Assembly: GCA_036012755.1 (NCBI GenBank)
Contig: DASCPX010000009.1
Location: forward strand, 96,001 to 160,000
Origin: Myxococcota bacterium
GTDB taxonomy: Bacteria > Myxococcota_A > UBA796 > CAJQPC01
Direction of reading: 5' to 3'
Length of the DNA stretch: 64,000 nt
Position 1 is the first letter of the stretch. The number at the start of each line of letters is the position of its first letter. Positions 19,148 to 28,977 of the stretch are shown in pieces. Below the pieces are notes generated by a model. That model was not told the origin of the DNA, made no database searches, and worked only from the letters and a program-made list of their open reading frames with translations. The position numbers and the translations under genes were made by a program.

Positions 19148-19849
19148 ATGGAACACCTGTCCACACTCTCACTGCACCAGCTCCGCTACGGCGAGCTCGA
19201 CGACACACAAGAGCGCGAGGCCCGCGCTCACCTCGCTGAGTGCGAGCACTGCGCCAGCCTGCTCGCCGCCCAGCAGAACCACCGCGAGGCCTTCGTGCTC
19301 TCGCCCGTCCCGCCTGCCCTGCGCGAGCTCGAGCCCGCCACGCCCTGGTGGCGTCGGCTGTTCGCCGGCCAGTGGACCGGCCCCCTCGCGGCGGTCGCTG
19401 CGCTGATGCTCATCGTGCCCATCGCGCTGTTGGTCCCTGGCGAAGAGGACCCGATCACCGAGGAGCCCGAGATCTCGGAAAAGGGCGGCATCCACCTGGA
19501 GGCCTGGCTCGAGACGAACGAGGGCCCGGCGATCCTCGACGAGAACGCCTTGCTGCGTGCCGGGGATCGCGTGCAGCTCAAGTTCGCAAGCCAGGGCCGT
19601 CCCTTCGCCAGCTTCGGCGGCCTCGACGAGGCAGGCAACACAGAGGTCTACGGCACCGTCAGCACCACCGGCGAAGGCATCGAGACCGCACCCTTCGCGC
19701 TCACCTTGGACGACGCTCCGGGAAGACAACGCTTCTTTGCGCTGTTCACGTGGGAGCGCCCGAGCGAGGACACCGTCCGTCAGTCCATTTCCAGCGGGCA
19801 GGCACCAGAGGGTGGCATCCTGAGATCGATCTCCTTTCGGAAGGACTGA
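19148..19849 (+). CDS. Zinc-binding (zf-HC2/ZAS) anti-sigma factor with TM helix and extracytoplasmic domain (DUF4384-like)
   Basis: HLAECEHC (HxxxCxxC); TM segment; LRAGDRVQL..., LTLDDAPG.QRFFALF; lies directly after the ECF sigma gene. Confidence 0.85.
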   Translation: MEHLSTLSLHQLRYGELDDTQEREARAHLAECEHCASLLAAQQNHREAFVLSPVPPALRELEPATPWWRRLFAGQWTGPLAAVAALMLIVPIALLVPGEEDPITEEPEISEKGGIHLEAWLETNEGPAILDENALLRAGDRVQLKFASQGRPFASFGGLDEAGNTEVYGTVSTTGEGIETAPFALTLDDAPGRQRFFALFTWERPSEDTVRQSISSGQAPEGGILRSISFRKD

Positions 19850-21633
19850 TGGTCCAACTGCTGGTTCTGGCGACCGCGCTGAGTTCCGAGGCCGAGGCCG
19901 AGGTGGGCCGTCGCGCTCTGCTCGTCGGCGCCAATGACGGTGGCATCGACCTGCCGGCGCTGCGCTACACGCAGAACGACGTCGCTCGCATGGAGGACGT
20001 GCTCGTCGAGCTCGGCGGCTTCGAGCCAGAGGACATCGTGGTCCTCCAGGGTCCGGACGGGGCGACGCTGGCGGTCGAGCTGCAGCGCATGCAGTACGAC
20101 TCGGTGGCCGGAGAGGACATCTTCCTCTTCTACTACTCGGGCCACGCCGACGCCCGAGGCCTGCGGCTCGGCGACGACGTCTACCCCTTCGAGGAGCTCC
20201 GCGAGGACTTCGCCCGCACCGACGCCGACGTGAAGCTCGGCATCCTCGATGCCTGCCGCAGCGGCCAGATCACCCAGGCCAAGGGCGCTGTGGTCGTCGA
20301 CCCCTTTCTGGCCGACAGCCTCGATGCCCAGGGCGTGGCCTGGATCACCGCCTCCAGCGGCGACGAGCTCGCCCAGGAGTCCCGCTCCCTGCGAGGCTCC
20401 TTCTTCACCCACCACCTCGTCTCCGGCATGCGCGGCGCGGCGGACAACGGTGACGGCGTCGTCTCCCTGAGCGAGGCCTACAGCTACGCCTATGCACAGA
20501 CCGTCGAGCGCACCTCGGCCGCCGGCGCCACCCAGCACCCCGAGTACGACTTCCAGATCGCAGGAAAAGGCGACCTGGCGCTCACCACGCTGTCGAAGGC
20601 CACCTCTCACGTGACCCTGTCGGCCGGCTACGGCGGCGAGATCGCGATCCTGCGGGACGGACTGCTGGTGGCCGAGGTCGACAAGCCGGTCGACCAGGAG
20701 ATGACGCTCGCGCTGCAGCCCGGCACCTACACCCTGCGACGTCGCGAGGGAGAGAAGATCTACGAGGTCCGCCTCGGTGTCGAGGAGGGTGCGCATCGCA
20801 CGGTCGGCACACGCTGGGGCGAGAGCGCCACAGAGGTCGCCAGCTGGAAGGGCACCGTGCCACGCCCCGGGGACCTCGACACCCAGAAGATCGTCGAGAG
20901 CACCGTCGACGCCGCCCGGGACTTCGAGTTCCGCCACAACCCCTACGTGGCGATGAGCTTCTCGACCCTCGTCCCGGGCGCCGGCCAGATGTACAACCGC
21001 CAGTACGGCAAGGGCCTGCTCTACCTCGGCAGCACCTACGTGCTGGTCGGGACCGGCTTCGCCTTCAACACGGTCGGAGACGAGGGCCCGGCCTTCAAGG
21101 GAAGCGTCATCGGCCCGACCCCTGCCAACGCCGCCGGATTCGCGCTCTGGGGCATGGCGATGAGCCAGGCCTACTACCAGCAGAAGTACGGCGACGACAA
21201 GCCGGAGCGAAAGGCCGAGGGCGTCCACGTGAGCCTCGAGACCGCCTGGACGGATGACTGGGACGCCCCACACACTGCGGGCATCGCGGTCGACTGGGTC
21301 ATCACGCCCGGAGTCAGCATCGGGCTGGACCGGACGGGCTGGACCAAGGCGCCCGATTCAGAGGACACCGGCGTCTTCAACATCGGCGGCCGCATCATGG
21401 TCGCCCCCGAGTGGCAGCGCTTCCGGCCCGGTGTCTTCGGCGCGACCAACCTGCGCATCGGACGCCACCTCGACACCCAGCGGACCATCCGTCCCGTGCT
21501 CGGGGCAGGCGTACAGTTCCGCTGGTTCGTCACCCCCCGCTACTACCTCACCTTCGAGAGCCGCGGCGAGTACGACGACGGCGAGCTCTACTGGGTCAAC
21601 GGCGGCGGCCTCGGCGTGCAGCTGGGCGGCTGA
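19849..21633 (+). CDS. Exported caspase-family (peptidase C14) protein with C-terminal membrane/beta-barrel region
   Basis: RRALLVGANDG, FYYSGHAD (His), LDACRSG (Cys) and GSFFTHHLVSGMRGAAD; signal peptide; TGATG coupling. Confidence 0.9.
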   Translation: MVQLLVLATALSSEAEAEVGRRALLVGANDGGIDLPALRYTQNDVARMEDVLVELGGFEPEDIVVLQGPDGATLAVELQRMQYDSVAGEDIFLFYYSGHADARGLRLGDDVYPFEELREDFARTDADVKLGILDACRSGQITQAKGAVVVDPFLADSLDAQGVAWITASSGDELAQESRSLRGSFFTHHLVSGMRGAADNGDGVVSLSEAYSYAYAQTVERTSAAGATQHPEYDFQIAGKGDLALTTLSKATSHVTLSAGYGGEIAILRDGLLVAEVDKPVDQEMTLALQPGTYTLRRREGEKIYEVRLGVEEGAHRTVGTRWGESATEVASWKGTVPRPGDLDTQKIVESTVDAARDFEFRHNPYVAMSFSTLVPGAGQMYNRQYGKGLLYLGSTYVLVGTGFAFNTVGDEGPAFKGSVIGPTPANAAGFALWGMAMSQAYYQQKYGDDKPERKAEGVHVSLETAWTDDWDAPHTAGIAVDWVITPGVSIGLDRTGWTKAPDSEDTGVFNIGGRIMVAPEWQRFRPGVFGATNLRIGRHLDTQRTIRPVLGAGVQFRWFVTPRYYLTFESRGEYDDGELYWVNGGGLGVQLGG

Positions 21634-21642
21634 CCGTCGCGC

Positions 21643-22965
21643 TCAGGCGCAGGCCTCTTCGACGTCCTCGACCGTCTTCGGGCAGGCGGCGGTGAGCACC
21701 TCCGGGCCGTCCTCGGTCACGAGCACGTCGTCCTCGATGCGAATCCCGATGCCTCGGAAGCGCTCGGGGGCCTCTTCATCGTCGGGGGGGACGTAGAGGC
21801 CCGGCTCCACCGTGAACACCATGCCCGGCTCGAGCAGGCGGGATGACCCGCTCGCCGAATAGGAACCGACGTCGTGGACCTCCATGCCGAGCCAGTGGCT
21901 GGTCCCGTGCATGTAGTAGCGGCGGTAGCTCTTGTCCTCGATGAGCTCGTCGACCTCGCCGGCGAGGAGCTCGAGCTCGACCATGCCCTGGGTGAGGCGA
22001 CGGATGGCGAGATCGTGGAGGTCCTTGATGCGGGCCTTGCCCGGACAAGCGTGCTCGATGACCTCGATCTCGGTGGTCAGCACCAGCTCGTAGAGCTCGC
22101 GCTGAGCGGAGCTGAAGCGACCGCTGACCGGCAAGGTCCGCGTGATGTCCGCCGTGTACCAGGCGTACTCGCAGCCAGCGTCGACGAGGACCAGCTCCCC
22201 GGCCCGAAGCGGCTCGCGGTTGGTGATGTAGTGGAGGATGCAGGCGTTGGCGCCCCCACCGACGATGGTCGGGTAGCCCGGCCCCGCTCCTCCATGGCGA
22301 CGGAAGGCGTAGTCGATGAAAGCCTCGAGCTCGTACTCCCGGACTCCGGGTGCCGCTAGCTTCATCGCGGCGAGGTGGGCCTCGCAGGTGATCGCCGCCG
22401 CCCTGCGCAGCCTGTCCAGCTCCCAGGGGCCTTTCACGAGTCGCATCTCGTGGAGCAGTCGCCCCGGGTGGATGAAGGCATCCGGGAGGGGCTGCAGGGC
22501 CTCTCGCGCGGTGCGGCGAACGGAGGCCAGGCAACCCAGCACGAGACGGTCGCGCTCCGGGTCCTCGCCAGCTGCGTAGTGCAGCGTGTGGACGCCGATC
22601 AGGAGCTTGCCCAGGTGACCCTGGAGCTCCTCGTAGTCGTGGGCGTCGTCAGCGCCGTAGCGCTCCTTCGCGCCCTCGGGGCCTTCTCGAACGCCGGTCC
22701 AGACCTCTCGATCCGGGTCCTTAGGTTGGACGAACATGGTGAACGGGCTCTCAGCGTCAGGGCGCAGCAGCACCGCGACCCCGGGGTCCTCCCAACCACA
22801 CAGGTACAGCAGATCCGAGAGCTGGCGGTAGCGGTACTCCGAGTCCCCGTTGCGGATGTGCTGACGAGCACCGAAGAGCAGCATTGCTTCGCCGGGACCG
22901 AGCTTGTCGAGCACCGCCGCGCGCCGCGCGGCGTAGGTGGCACGATCGGCTTCGGGGATCGACAT
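21643..22965 (-). CDS. pepP: Xaa-Pro aminopeptidase P (M24B)
   Basis: LVDAGCEY..YTADITRT, HGTSHWLGMEVHDVG, TVEPGLY and GIRIEDD. Confidence 0.93.
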   Translation of the reverse strand: MSIPEADRATYAARRAAVLDKLGPGEAMLLFGARQHIRNGDSEYRYRQLSDLLYLCGWEDPGVAVLLRPDAESPFTMFVQPKDPDREVWTGVREGPEGAKERYGADDAHDYEELQGHLGKLLIGVHTLHYAAGEDPERDRLVLGCLASVRRTAREALQPLPDAFIHPGRLLHEMRLVKGPWELDRLRRAAAITCEAHLAAMKLAAPGVREYELEAFIDYAFRRHGGAGPGYPTIVGGGANACILHYITNREPLRAGELVLVDAGCEYAWYTADITRTLPVSGRFSSAQRELYELVLTTEIEVIEHACPGKARIKDLHDLAIRRLTQGMVELELLAGEVDELIEDKSYRRYYMHGTSHWLGMEVHDVGSYSASGSSRLLEPGMVFTVEPGLYVPPDDEEAPERFRGIGIRIEDDVLVTEDGPEVLTAACPKTVEDVEEACA

Positions 22966-23035
22966 GTTCGACACTTAGCTCGAAACCAACTGGGTCTCTC
23001 GCAATCCTCTTTGACAGCCGACCTCATGGGTGTGA

Positions 23036-23596
23036 GTGTCTACGGGGCACTCTCGGAAAAGGCAGGAAGACATATTGGAATACTCACTCTCGGGTCAGGA
23101 CGGACAGACCTACCGAATCCAGACCCGCGAAGTGAGAGAGCACGACCCGGACCTCATCAAGACGGTCGTGGACATCGACCTGATGACCTGGTCGGAGCAG
23201 ACCTTCAGCCGCTACACGGCAGCGCTGATGCTGCGTCACGGCCGGACCTTCCTGCTGCTCGCGGACAACGTCCCCATCGGCACCTGCCAGGTCATGCGCA
23301 GCTGGGACCGACCGACCGAAGCGGTGCTCTTCAGCATCAGCATCCGTCCCGGCTGGCGTGGCCGCGGTCTCGGAACCCGCTTCCTCGAGGACGTGCTCCA
23401 CACCCTCGAGGGCTCGGGGATGCGCTCGGTGGTGCTCTCGGTCGAGGCCACCAACAACCACGTCCTGGGGATCTACGAGAACCGCTTCGGCTTCGTCCGC
23501 GTGGGCCTGCTCGCCAACGAGTACGGCAAGAAGACGGACGAGGTCATGCTGCGAAAGGTCCTCGCACCCTCACTGGGAGAGGTGGTCCCGCTGTAG
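23036..23596 (+). CDS. GNAT family N-acetyltransferase
   Basis: SISIRPGWRGRGLGT acetyl-CoA motif and N...IYENRFGF. Start uncertain. Confidence 0.85.
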   Translation: MSTGHSRKRQEDILEYSLSGQDGQTYRIQTREVREHDPDLIKTVVDIDLMTWSEQTFSRYTAALMLRHGRTFLLLADNVPIGTCQVMRSWDRPTEAVLFSISIRPGWRGRGLGTRFLEDVLHTLEGSGMRSVVLSVEATNNHVLGIYENRFGFVRVGLLANEYGKKTDEVMLRKVLAPSLGEVVPL

Positions 23597-23609
23597 CGGA
23601 TCACAGAAC

Positions 23610-24623
23610 TCAGCGAGCGGCCGTGGTCTCCCCGAGCATGGCGTCAAAGCGGACCCTGGTCTGCTCGAAGGCGGCGCTGTCGGTGTCGGCGAGCTGGCGA
23701 CGAACGGTCTCGTGGTACTCGAGCGGGTCGAGCGTCTTGCCGTCCCTGTCCAGCTGGTAGTGGAGATGCGGAGCCGTGGAGCTCCCGGTGTTGCCGCTGT
23801 CCGCGAGGATCTGGCCCGACCTCACGAACTGGCCGGCCTTGACCGAGAGCTTGTCCAGGTGGAGGAACTTGGCCAGCGTGCCGTCGGAGTAGCGCAGCTC
23901 GACGCAGTTGCCGTTGGCGGCGTGGTTCCAGTTGACCCGGGTCACGGTGCCGGACTTGGGCGCGACGACATCCGAGCCGACCGGCGTCTTGAAGTCCATG
24001 CCCTTGTGGTTGGGCCGATCCTTCAACAGCGAGGTGATCTGCTGGTAGTCCTCGAGCGGACCGGCCACCAGGCGGCTGGAGACCTCTGTCCCGTCGTCGA
24101 ACCAGTAGCTGGCGAAGTCGTCGCCCTGGGCGTGGAACCCGTAGGCCTTCAGCGTGCGGCCGAGCTTGCCGCTGTCGTACCAGGCCACCGGCATCTCGAT
24201 GTCGCCCGCCTCGTCGATGCGGTAGACGGCCCACACCTCGTCGCCCTTCTGGACGTGCCGGCGCAAGTCGAGATCCCACATGAACAGCCGGGAGTAGACG
24301 GCGGCGACCGCGTCGGCCTTGTCGTCGACCTCGCCCTGGAAGGTCCGCGCCAGGCTGTGGTCGATCTCGCCGTGGACGACTTGCCAACCAGCGGCGGGCG
24401 AAGCCGCCACCGGTGCGTGCGCGACGAGCTCGGGAGGAGCCACGTCAGCGACCTCGGAGACGCTGGCTGCTTCGGCCTCGATCGCCGCGACCTCCTCGGA
24501 CTCCTCGCCGTCCTCACCCGTGGTGAGCTCGACCGCGAGCAGGACGTTCAGGCCGAGGCTCACGCCGAGGAGTCCATAGAGCAGGTAGGGGGGCGTGTCG
24601 GGTCGGTACTTGTCGGTGCGCAT
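23610..24623 (-). CDS. M23 family metallopeptidase
   Basis: HKGMDF, SGNTGSSTAPHLHY and an N-terminal TM helix. Confidence 0.92.
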   Translation of the reverse strand: MRTDKYRPDTPPYLLYGLLGVSLGLNVLLAVELTTGEDGEESEEVAAIEAEAASVSEVADVAPPELVAHAPVAASPAAGWQVVHGEIDHSLARTFQGEVDDKADAVAAVYSRLFMWDLDLRRHVQKGDEVWAVYRIDEAGDIEMPVAWYDSGKLGRTLKAYGFHAQGDDFASYWFDDGTEVSSRLVAGPLEDYQQITSLLKDRPNHKGMDFKTPVGSDVVAPKSGTVTRVNWNHAANGNCVELRYSDGTLAKFLHLDKLSVKAGQFVRSGQILADSGNTGSSTAPHLHYQLDRDGKTLDPLEYHETVRRQLADTDSAAFEQTRVRFDAMLGETTAAR

Positions 24624-24721
24624 GCAGGTCTCCGGGGTGGCTGAGCATCGCTCGCCGATCTGGACGTGTCAAGGCATGCGTTGAAGGTGTTTCGAGGTCA
24701 ATCCGCGGCTAAGGTGTGGCG

Positions 24722-25267
24722 ATGTTCACGTACTCTGCGGAATCGCCTCCGACGGTGCCGAAGGCGCTCCTCGACGGACCCGTCCTGGAGGGGATCGAAG
24801 AGGACGAAAAGCGCTCCTTCTTCGGCCGCCTGCGTTTCCTCGTCGCCGAGAGCCGGACGCGCTTGTTCCAGGAAGGCGAGCCCGGCGACAGGCTGTGGGT
24901 GCTGTTGTCCGGCACGGTCACGCTCACTCGCGAGACAGAGGGAGGCGAGGTCGTCGAGCTCGACCGCGCCCGGACCGGGGACGTCTTCGGCGAGCTGGCG
25001 GTGATCTCCCCCGCGTCGCGCTTCGCGACGGCGACGACCGTCGGTGGGTGTCAGCTCGTCGTGCTGGAACGGGCCGCCTTTCGCGCGCTGATCAAGCAGC
25101 GTGACCCAGCCGCAGAGGCGCTGCTGCGCTTCCTCACCCACCGGATCTGTCGACGGCTTCGCCAGGTGGACGCCCGCATCGCGCTGGTCCACGACGCGCT
25201 CAACGGCGCCAGCGACGCTAGCCTGAGGCGGCGCGCGGCGGACCTCGACGCGTTCGGGGAGTACTGA
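24722..25267 (+). CDS. Stand-alone cyclic-nucleotide-binding domain protein
   Basis: LFQEGEPGD.L..LLSG.V and GDVFGELAV...RFATA. Confidence 0.88.
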   Translation: MFTYSAESPPTVPKALLDGPVLEGIEEDEKRSFFGRLRFLVAESRTRLFQEGEPGDRLWVLLSGTVTLTRETEGGEVVELDRARTGDVFGELAVISPASRFATATTVGGCQLVVLERAAFRALIKQRDPAAEALLRFLTHRICRRLRQVDARIALVHDALNGASDASLRRRAADLDAFGEY

Positions 25268-25791
25268 TGCAGAAGCTCTCCGACTGCCACATCTTCCGCG
25301 GCATGGACGCCCGCACGGTCGAGGCGATCACACAGGTCCTGTTCCGTGTCGAGGTCGACTCCGGCGAGACGCTGTTCACCCAGGGAGCAGAGGGCACCTC
25401 GCTGGTCATCGTGCTCGACGGCTTGTTCGAGCTGGTCCAGGCGACGGAGGGAGGCGAGATCCACCTCGCCGACGTACAGCCGGGCCGGGTCATCGGTCTG
25501 ACCTCGCTGATCGATCCAGGCCCGCGGACCGCCACCTTGCGTGCCATGGACGACGGGGTCGTCGCCGTGCTGGACGCGGTGACATTCCAGAAGCTCTGGA
25601 GCGCCCAGGGCGACGCGGCGGCGAAGCTCCACTACCAGCTGGCGCTGATCGCCATCGAAGAGGTCCGTTCCGCGAACCGCAAGCTGATGGAGCTCCTCGA
25701 CGCACCCCTGCCCGAGCGCGTCCCCGAGCACGTCAGGAGACTCTTGCCAGCCCTGGACAGCAAGATCTACCAGGCCGGCTCCTTCCGCTGA
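25267..25791 (+). CDS. Stand-alone cyclic-nucleotide-binding domain protein
   Basis: GETLFTQGAEG and PGRVIGLTSL..PGPRTAT; TGATG coupling. Confidence 0.85.
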   Translation: MQKLSDCHIFRGMDARTVEAITQVLFRVEVDSGETLFTQGAEGTSLVIVLDGLFELVQATEGGEIHLADVQPGRVIGLTSLIDPGPRTATLRAMDDGVVAVLDAVTFQKLWSAQGDAAAKLHYQLALIAIEEVRSANRKLMELLDAPLPERVPEHVRRLLPALDSKIYQAGSFR

Positions 25792-25800
25792 CCGCGCGGC

Positions 25801-26559
25801 TCAGGCGACCTCGAGCTCCAGCGAGCGCTGCTCTGCCGGGAGCGCGTTCGCCATGACCGCGTGGACCTCTTCGACGTGAGCGTCCAGGCTCTCGAGAGCC
25901 CAGCTGCTCGTGTCGATCGCCTCCAGGACGCTGACCTCGATGTCCGTTCGCACAAAGCTCGCCACGGTGTGCTTGGGCCAGTTCTTGTGGGCGTTGGTGA
26001 CCATGATCGGCACGATCGGGAGTCCGGTCGCGATGGCCAGGTGGGCGAAGCCCTTCTTCAGAGGACGAAGGCGGCCGTCCTTGCTGCGCGTTCCCTCGGG
26101 CCAGATCCAGATCGACGCGCTGTGTTCCTTGACGGCCACGGCCACGTCCTTGAGGCCGGCGATGGCGCGCTCGCGGTTCCCACGGTCGATGAGCAGGTGC
26201 CCCGACAGGACGTACGCCCAGCCGAACAACGGCACCCTCGCGATCTCCTTCTTGGCGACGCCCACACCACCGATCGGGCAGAGGAGCATGGCCAGGAACA
26301 TGTCGGTCATCGCCGTGTGGTTGGACACGAAGATGGCCGGCTTGTACTCGTCGATGCGCTGCCGGTCGACGTAGGTCACGTCTGCCTTGCACAGCCAAAG
26401 GCCCACTGGCGAGACAGTCTGCCCGTAGTAGTTGCAGACGCGGATGCGCGCACCGCGCCAGGGCAGCAGCACTACGAGGACACACACGAGCACAGCCGCG
26501 GTGCCGAGGAGCCAGCTCACGCCTAGCAGCATGCGGATGGTGCCGTCGATCCTCTTCAC
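25801..26559 (-). CDS. Lysophospholipid acyltransferase (PlsC family)
   Basis: NHTAMTD (NHx4D), IDRG, WPEGTRS and KKGF. Confidence 0.92.
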   Translation of the reverse strand: MKRIDGTIRMLLGVSWLLGTAAVLVCVLVVLLPWRGARIRVCNYYGQTVSPVGLWLCKADVTYVDRQRIDEYKPAIFVSNHTAMTDMFLAMLLCPIGGVGVAKKEIARVPLFGWAYVLSGHLLIDRGNRERAIAGLKDVAVAVKEHSASIWIWPEGTRSKDGRLRPLKKGFAHLAIATGLPIVPIMVTNAHKNWPKHTVASFVRTDIEVSVLEAIDTSSWALESLDAHVEEVHAVMANALPAEQRSLELEVA

Positions 26560-27695
26560 CGCGCCTTGGTAACCCGCTCGTAGACGGCCTCCAGTCGCCT
26601 CGCGCACTGGTCCCAGGTGAATCGAGAGGCGATGTCCGCTCTCGCCTCGGCTCCCAGGCGCGCCCGCCGTCCCGGGTCCTGCTCCAGGGACGCCAGCGCC
26701 AGGGCGAAGGCCGCGACGTCCCCGTCCGGTACTGGCACCACCCCCGCGATGTCTCGTGCCGAGCCCTCGGCGCAGACGGTCGGGAGTCCGAAGCCGAGGG
26801 TGTTCAAGAGCTTCATGGGGTAGCCGCTGCACACGGCGCGGGGGAGCGCGGCCATGTCTGCGGCCGCAAGGAGGTCGCGGACCCTGTCCCACGACGGGGT
26901 GACGACGAAGCGCTTCCGGTCGGCCTCGATCGACATCGAGCGGCTCTCCCACTTGCCCAGCGAGGACGCGGAGACCATCAGCAGCCCCAGGGTGTCCAGG
27001 CTCGCCACAGCGTCGATCAGCACCTCCAGGTCCTGGTAGGGGTCCGGGTTGCCGGCGTAGATCACCCAGGCGCGGTCACCGAGATCGAGCTCTGCGCGCG
27101 CACGCTCCCGGTCCCCCACGAGCTCCTCAAGATCGACTCCGGGAGGGATGAAGGTGACATCCCGACACCCGAGGGAGCGCAACAGCGGCGCCGCCTGCTC
27201 GGAGATGGCGACGCAGGCATCTGCCCGCCGGGGCACCGCCCCGTCCAACCAGGTCCCGATGCGCCGTGCCGCCCGGCGCGCCGCCGGTCGCTCGAAGTAG
27301 CGATGCAGCTCCTCTGCCATCGTGTTGTGGTTGTTGTAGACCACCGGCACGCCGTTCAGAGCCCTGGCGATGTAGGCCGCCACGGGGGCCTCGTAGTTGT
27401 GAGCGTGGACCACGTCGATCCCGGCCCTCAGGGCGACCAGGCGCGCGGTGAGGGCGACGTCCAAGAAGGGCTTCACGAGGTCCGGCCCTGCACGCAGGCT
27501 GTCGTATGCAGGAAGCCGCGGCGTCCTGATGACCTCTATGGCCGGGTCGACCTCCCCAGAGCCGTGCCCGTAGCAGGCCACGATGACCCGATGACCACGC
27601 CGGGCCAGCGCCCGGGACATGCCATGCACGTAGACCTGTGAGCCCTGTGGGCTGGGAAAAGGAAAGGCCGCCGCCTGCACGATCGTCAACGGCAT
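26556..27695 (-). CDS. Glycosyltransferase family 4 protein
   Basis: GSQ.Y...L..RGH.V, DVVHAH, PPGVD, PMKLL..L..GLP.V and FTWD. Confidence 0.88.
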   Translation of the reverse strand: MPLTIVQAAAFPFPSPQGSQVYVHGMSRALARRGHRVIVACYGHGSGEVDPAIEVIRTPRLPAYDSLRAGPDLVKPFLDVALTARLVALRAGIDVVHAHNYEAPVAAYIARALNGVPVVYNNHNTMAEELHRYFERPAARRAARRIGTWLDGAVPRRADACVAISEQAAPLLRSLGCRDVTFIPPGVDLEELVGDRERARAELDLGDRAWVIYAGNPDPYQDLEVLIDAVASLDTLGLLMVSASSLGKWESRSMSIEADRKRFVVTPSWDRVRDLLAAADMAALPRAVCSGYPMKLLNTLGFGLPTVCAEGSARDIAGVVPVPDGDVAAFALALASLEQDPGRRARLGAEARADIASRFTWDQCARRLEAVYERVTKAR

Positions 27696-27772
27696 CCTCG
27701 AGTCCTATCCTGCCCCGGCTTCACGCTGGGCGTCGGGCTGCGTATACTGCGTCACAACACGAAGGAGGAGCC

Positions 27773-28504
27773 GTGTTCATTCTCTTGATCTCCCTGCTCA
27801 GCGGGTGCACAAAGGACTGCATCGAGGGCTACGCCATGGGCGCGGACGGGAACTGCTACCCGGTCGGCGACAGCGGTGACAGCAACGTCGAGGGCGACGC
27901 CGACACCGACGCCGACACCGACGCTGACACCGACGCGGACTCCGACGCGGACAGCGACGCAGACTCCGATGCGGACAGCGACGCAGACTCCGATGCGGAC
28001 AGCGACGCAGACTCCGATGCGGACAGCGACGCGGACTCCGACGCGGACTCCGACGCGGACTCCGACGCAGACTCCGACGCAGACACCGACGCAGACTCAG
28101 ACGCAGACGCAGACGCAGACGCCGACGGCGACACGGATCGCGACTGCAGCGCCTCCGGCGGAGGCATCTGCGGAGAGGTCACCGGAACGCATCCTGGCGT
28201 TGCCTGGGGCGTCGAGGTGAGAGAGAACGCCTCGGACACCATCCCCTTCGCCATGTACGCGCCCCCGACTGGAGCGACGGGATCCTGGCCAGAGGACTAC
28301 TCGGTCGTCGATGGTGACGTGCTCGGAAAGAAGGGCAGCGGCGGGACCTTCGACACCGCCAACTACTACGTCTATGTCATCGCCGACACGGACGGAGACG
28401 GCTACCTCGACGCCAACGCCGGTGACGACTACGCCGCATACAGCGGCAACCCGGTGTCGGTCACCTCTGGCTCGCTCACGACGGTGAACCTCACCTATCC
28501 CTGA
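27773..28504 (+). CDS. Lipoprotein with long Asp-Ala-Asp-Ser/Thr repeat stalk
   Basis: GGAGGAG RBS, GTG start and LSGC lipobox; (DADS/DADT)n tract; EF-hand-like DTDGDGYLD. Confidence 0.8.
   Translation: MFILLISLLSGCTKDCIEGYAMGADGNCYPVGDSGDSNVEGDADTDADTDADTDADSDADSDADSDADSDADSDADSDADSDADSDADSDADSDADSDADSDADTDADSDADADADADGDTDRDCSASGGGICGEVTGTHPGVAWGVEVRENASDTIPFAMYAPPTGATGSWPEDYSVVDGDVLGKKGSGGTFDTANYYVYVIADTDGDGYLDANAGDDYAAYSGNPVSVTSGSLTTVNLTYP
27896..28130 (+). repeat. Coding 12-bp-unit tandem repeat (DADS/DADT)
   Basis: gacgcNgac(tcc/agc/acc) reiterated about 19 times. Confidence 0.95.
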
Positions 28505-28977
28505 TGCTCGGGAGCCCCCGGGTTCCCCAGCCGCCTGCGCGCCGCCTCTTCCAGGGCGGCGCGTATTTGATCAGGCCCGGCGTTGCTGTTGAGGTAGCCC
28601 AGGGGCGCGAAGCGCTGCTCGAGGTTCTTCCAGCGGCGGGGCTCGTGGTCGAAGTCGTAGCTGAAGACGACGGGGATGACATGTCCCGCGGCCCGAACAG
28701 CCGCCAACACGTAGGCGCCCTGGTTGTCTTCGAGGAAGCGGGTAGCGCGCTCGCGGTCACCGTTGCACCGGTCTTCGGCGGCGGCCATGTCGCCGATCAG
28801 CCGTGACGCCGGCACGCGGTCGAAGCGCATGTCGAGGAAGACGACGTCGTAGTGCTCGGCGGCGAGCCGGTCGAGGGCTTCGTGGCCGTCCCCGGCCCGC
28901 ACGAGCGTGAAGCCAGCCAGGAAGCGGGACAGGGTGCTGCTGTACTCCTCGCCGTCCTCGACGATCAGGACCCTCAT
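28495..28977 (-). CDS. Single-domain response regulator (atypical)
   Basis: MRVLIVED and DVVFLDM; long insertion after the phospho-Asp. Confidence 0.82.
   Translation of the reverse strand: MRVLIVEDGEEYSSTLSRFLAGFTLVRAGDGHEALDRLAAEHYDVVFLDMRFDRVPASRLIGDMAAAEDRCNGDRERATRFLEDNQGAYVLAAVRAAGHVIPVVFSYDFDHEPRRWKNLEQRFAPLGYLNSNAGPDQIRAALEEAARRRLGNPGAPEHQG

Noticed and set aside
19849..21633. CRISPR- or CBASS-linked defence caspase
   Set aside because: No cas, cyclase, SAVED/CARF or gasdermin gene is nearby, and the protease has an export signal.
27856..28254. SESA-repeat and PT-repeat ORFs (also 43313-43822 and 43374-43715)
   Set aside because: Alternative frames of the Asp-rich coding repeats; the Asp frame has the RBS, lipobox and folded domain.
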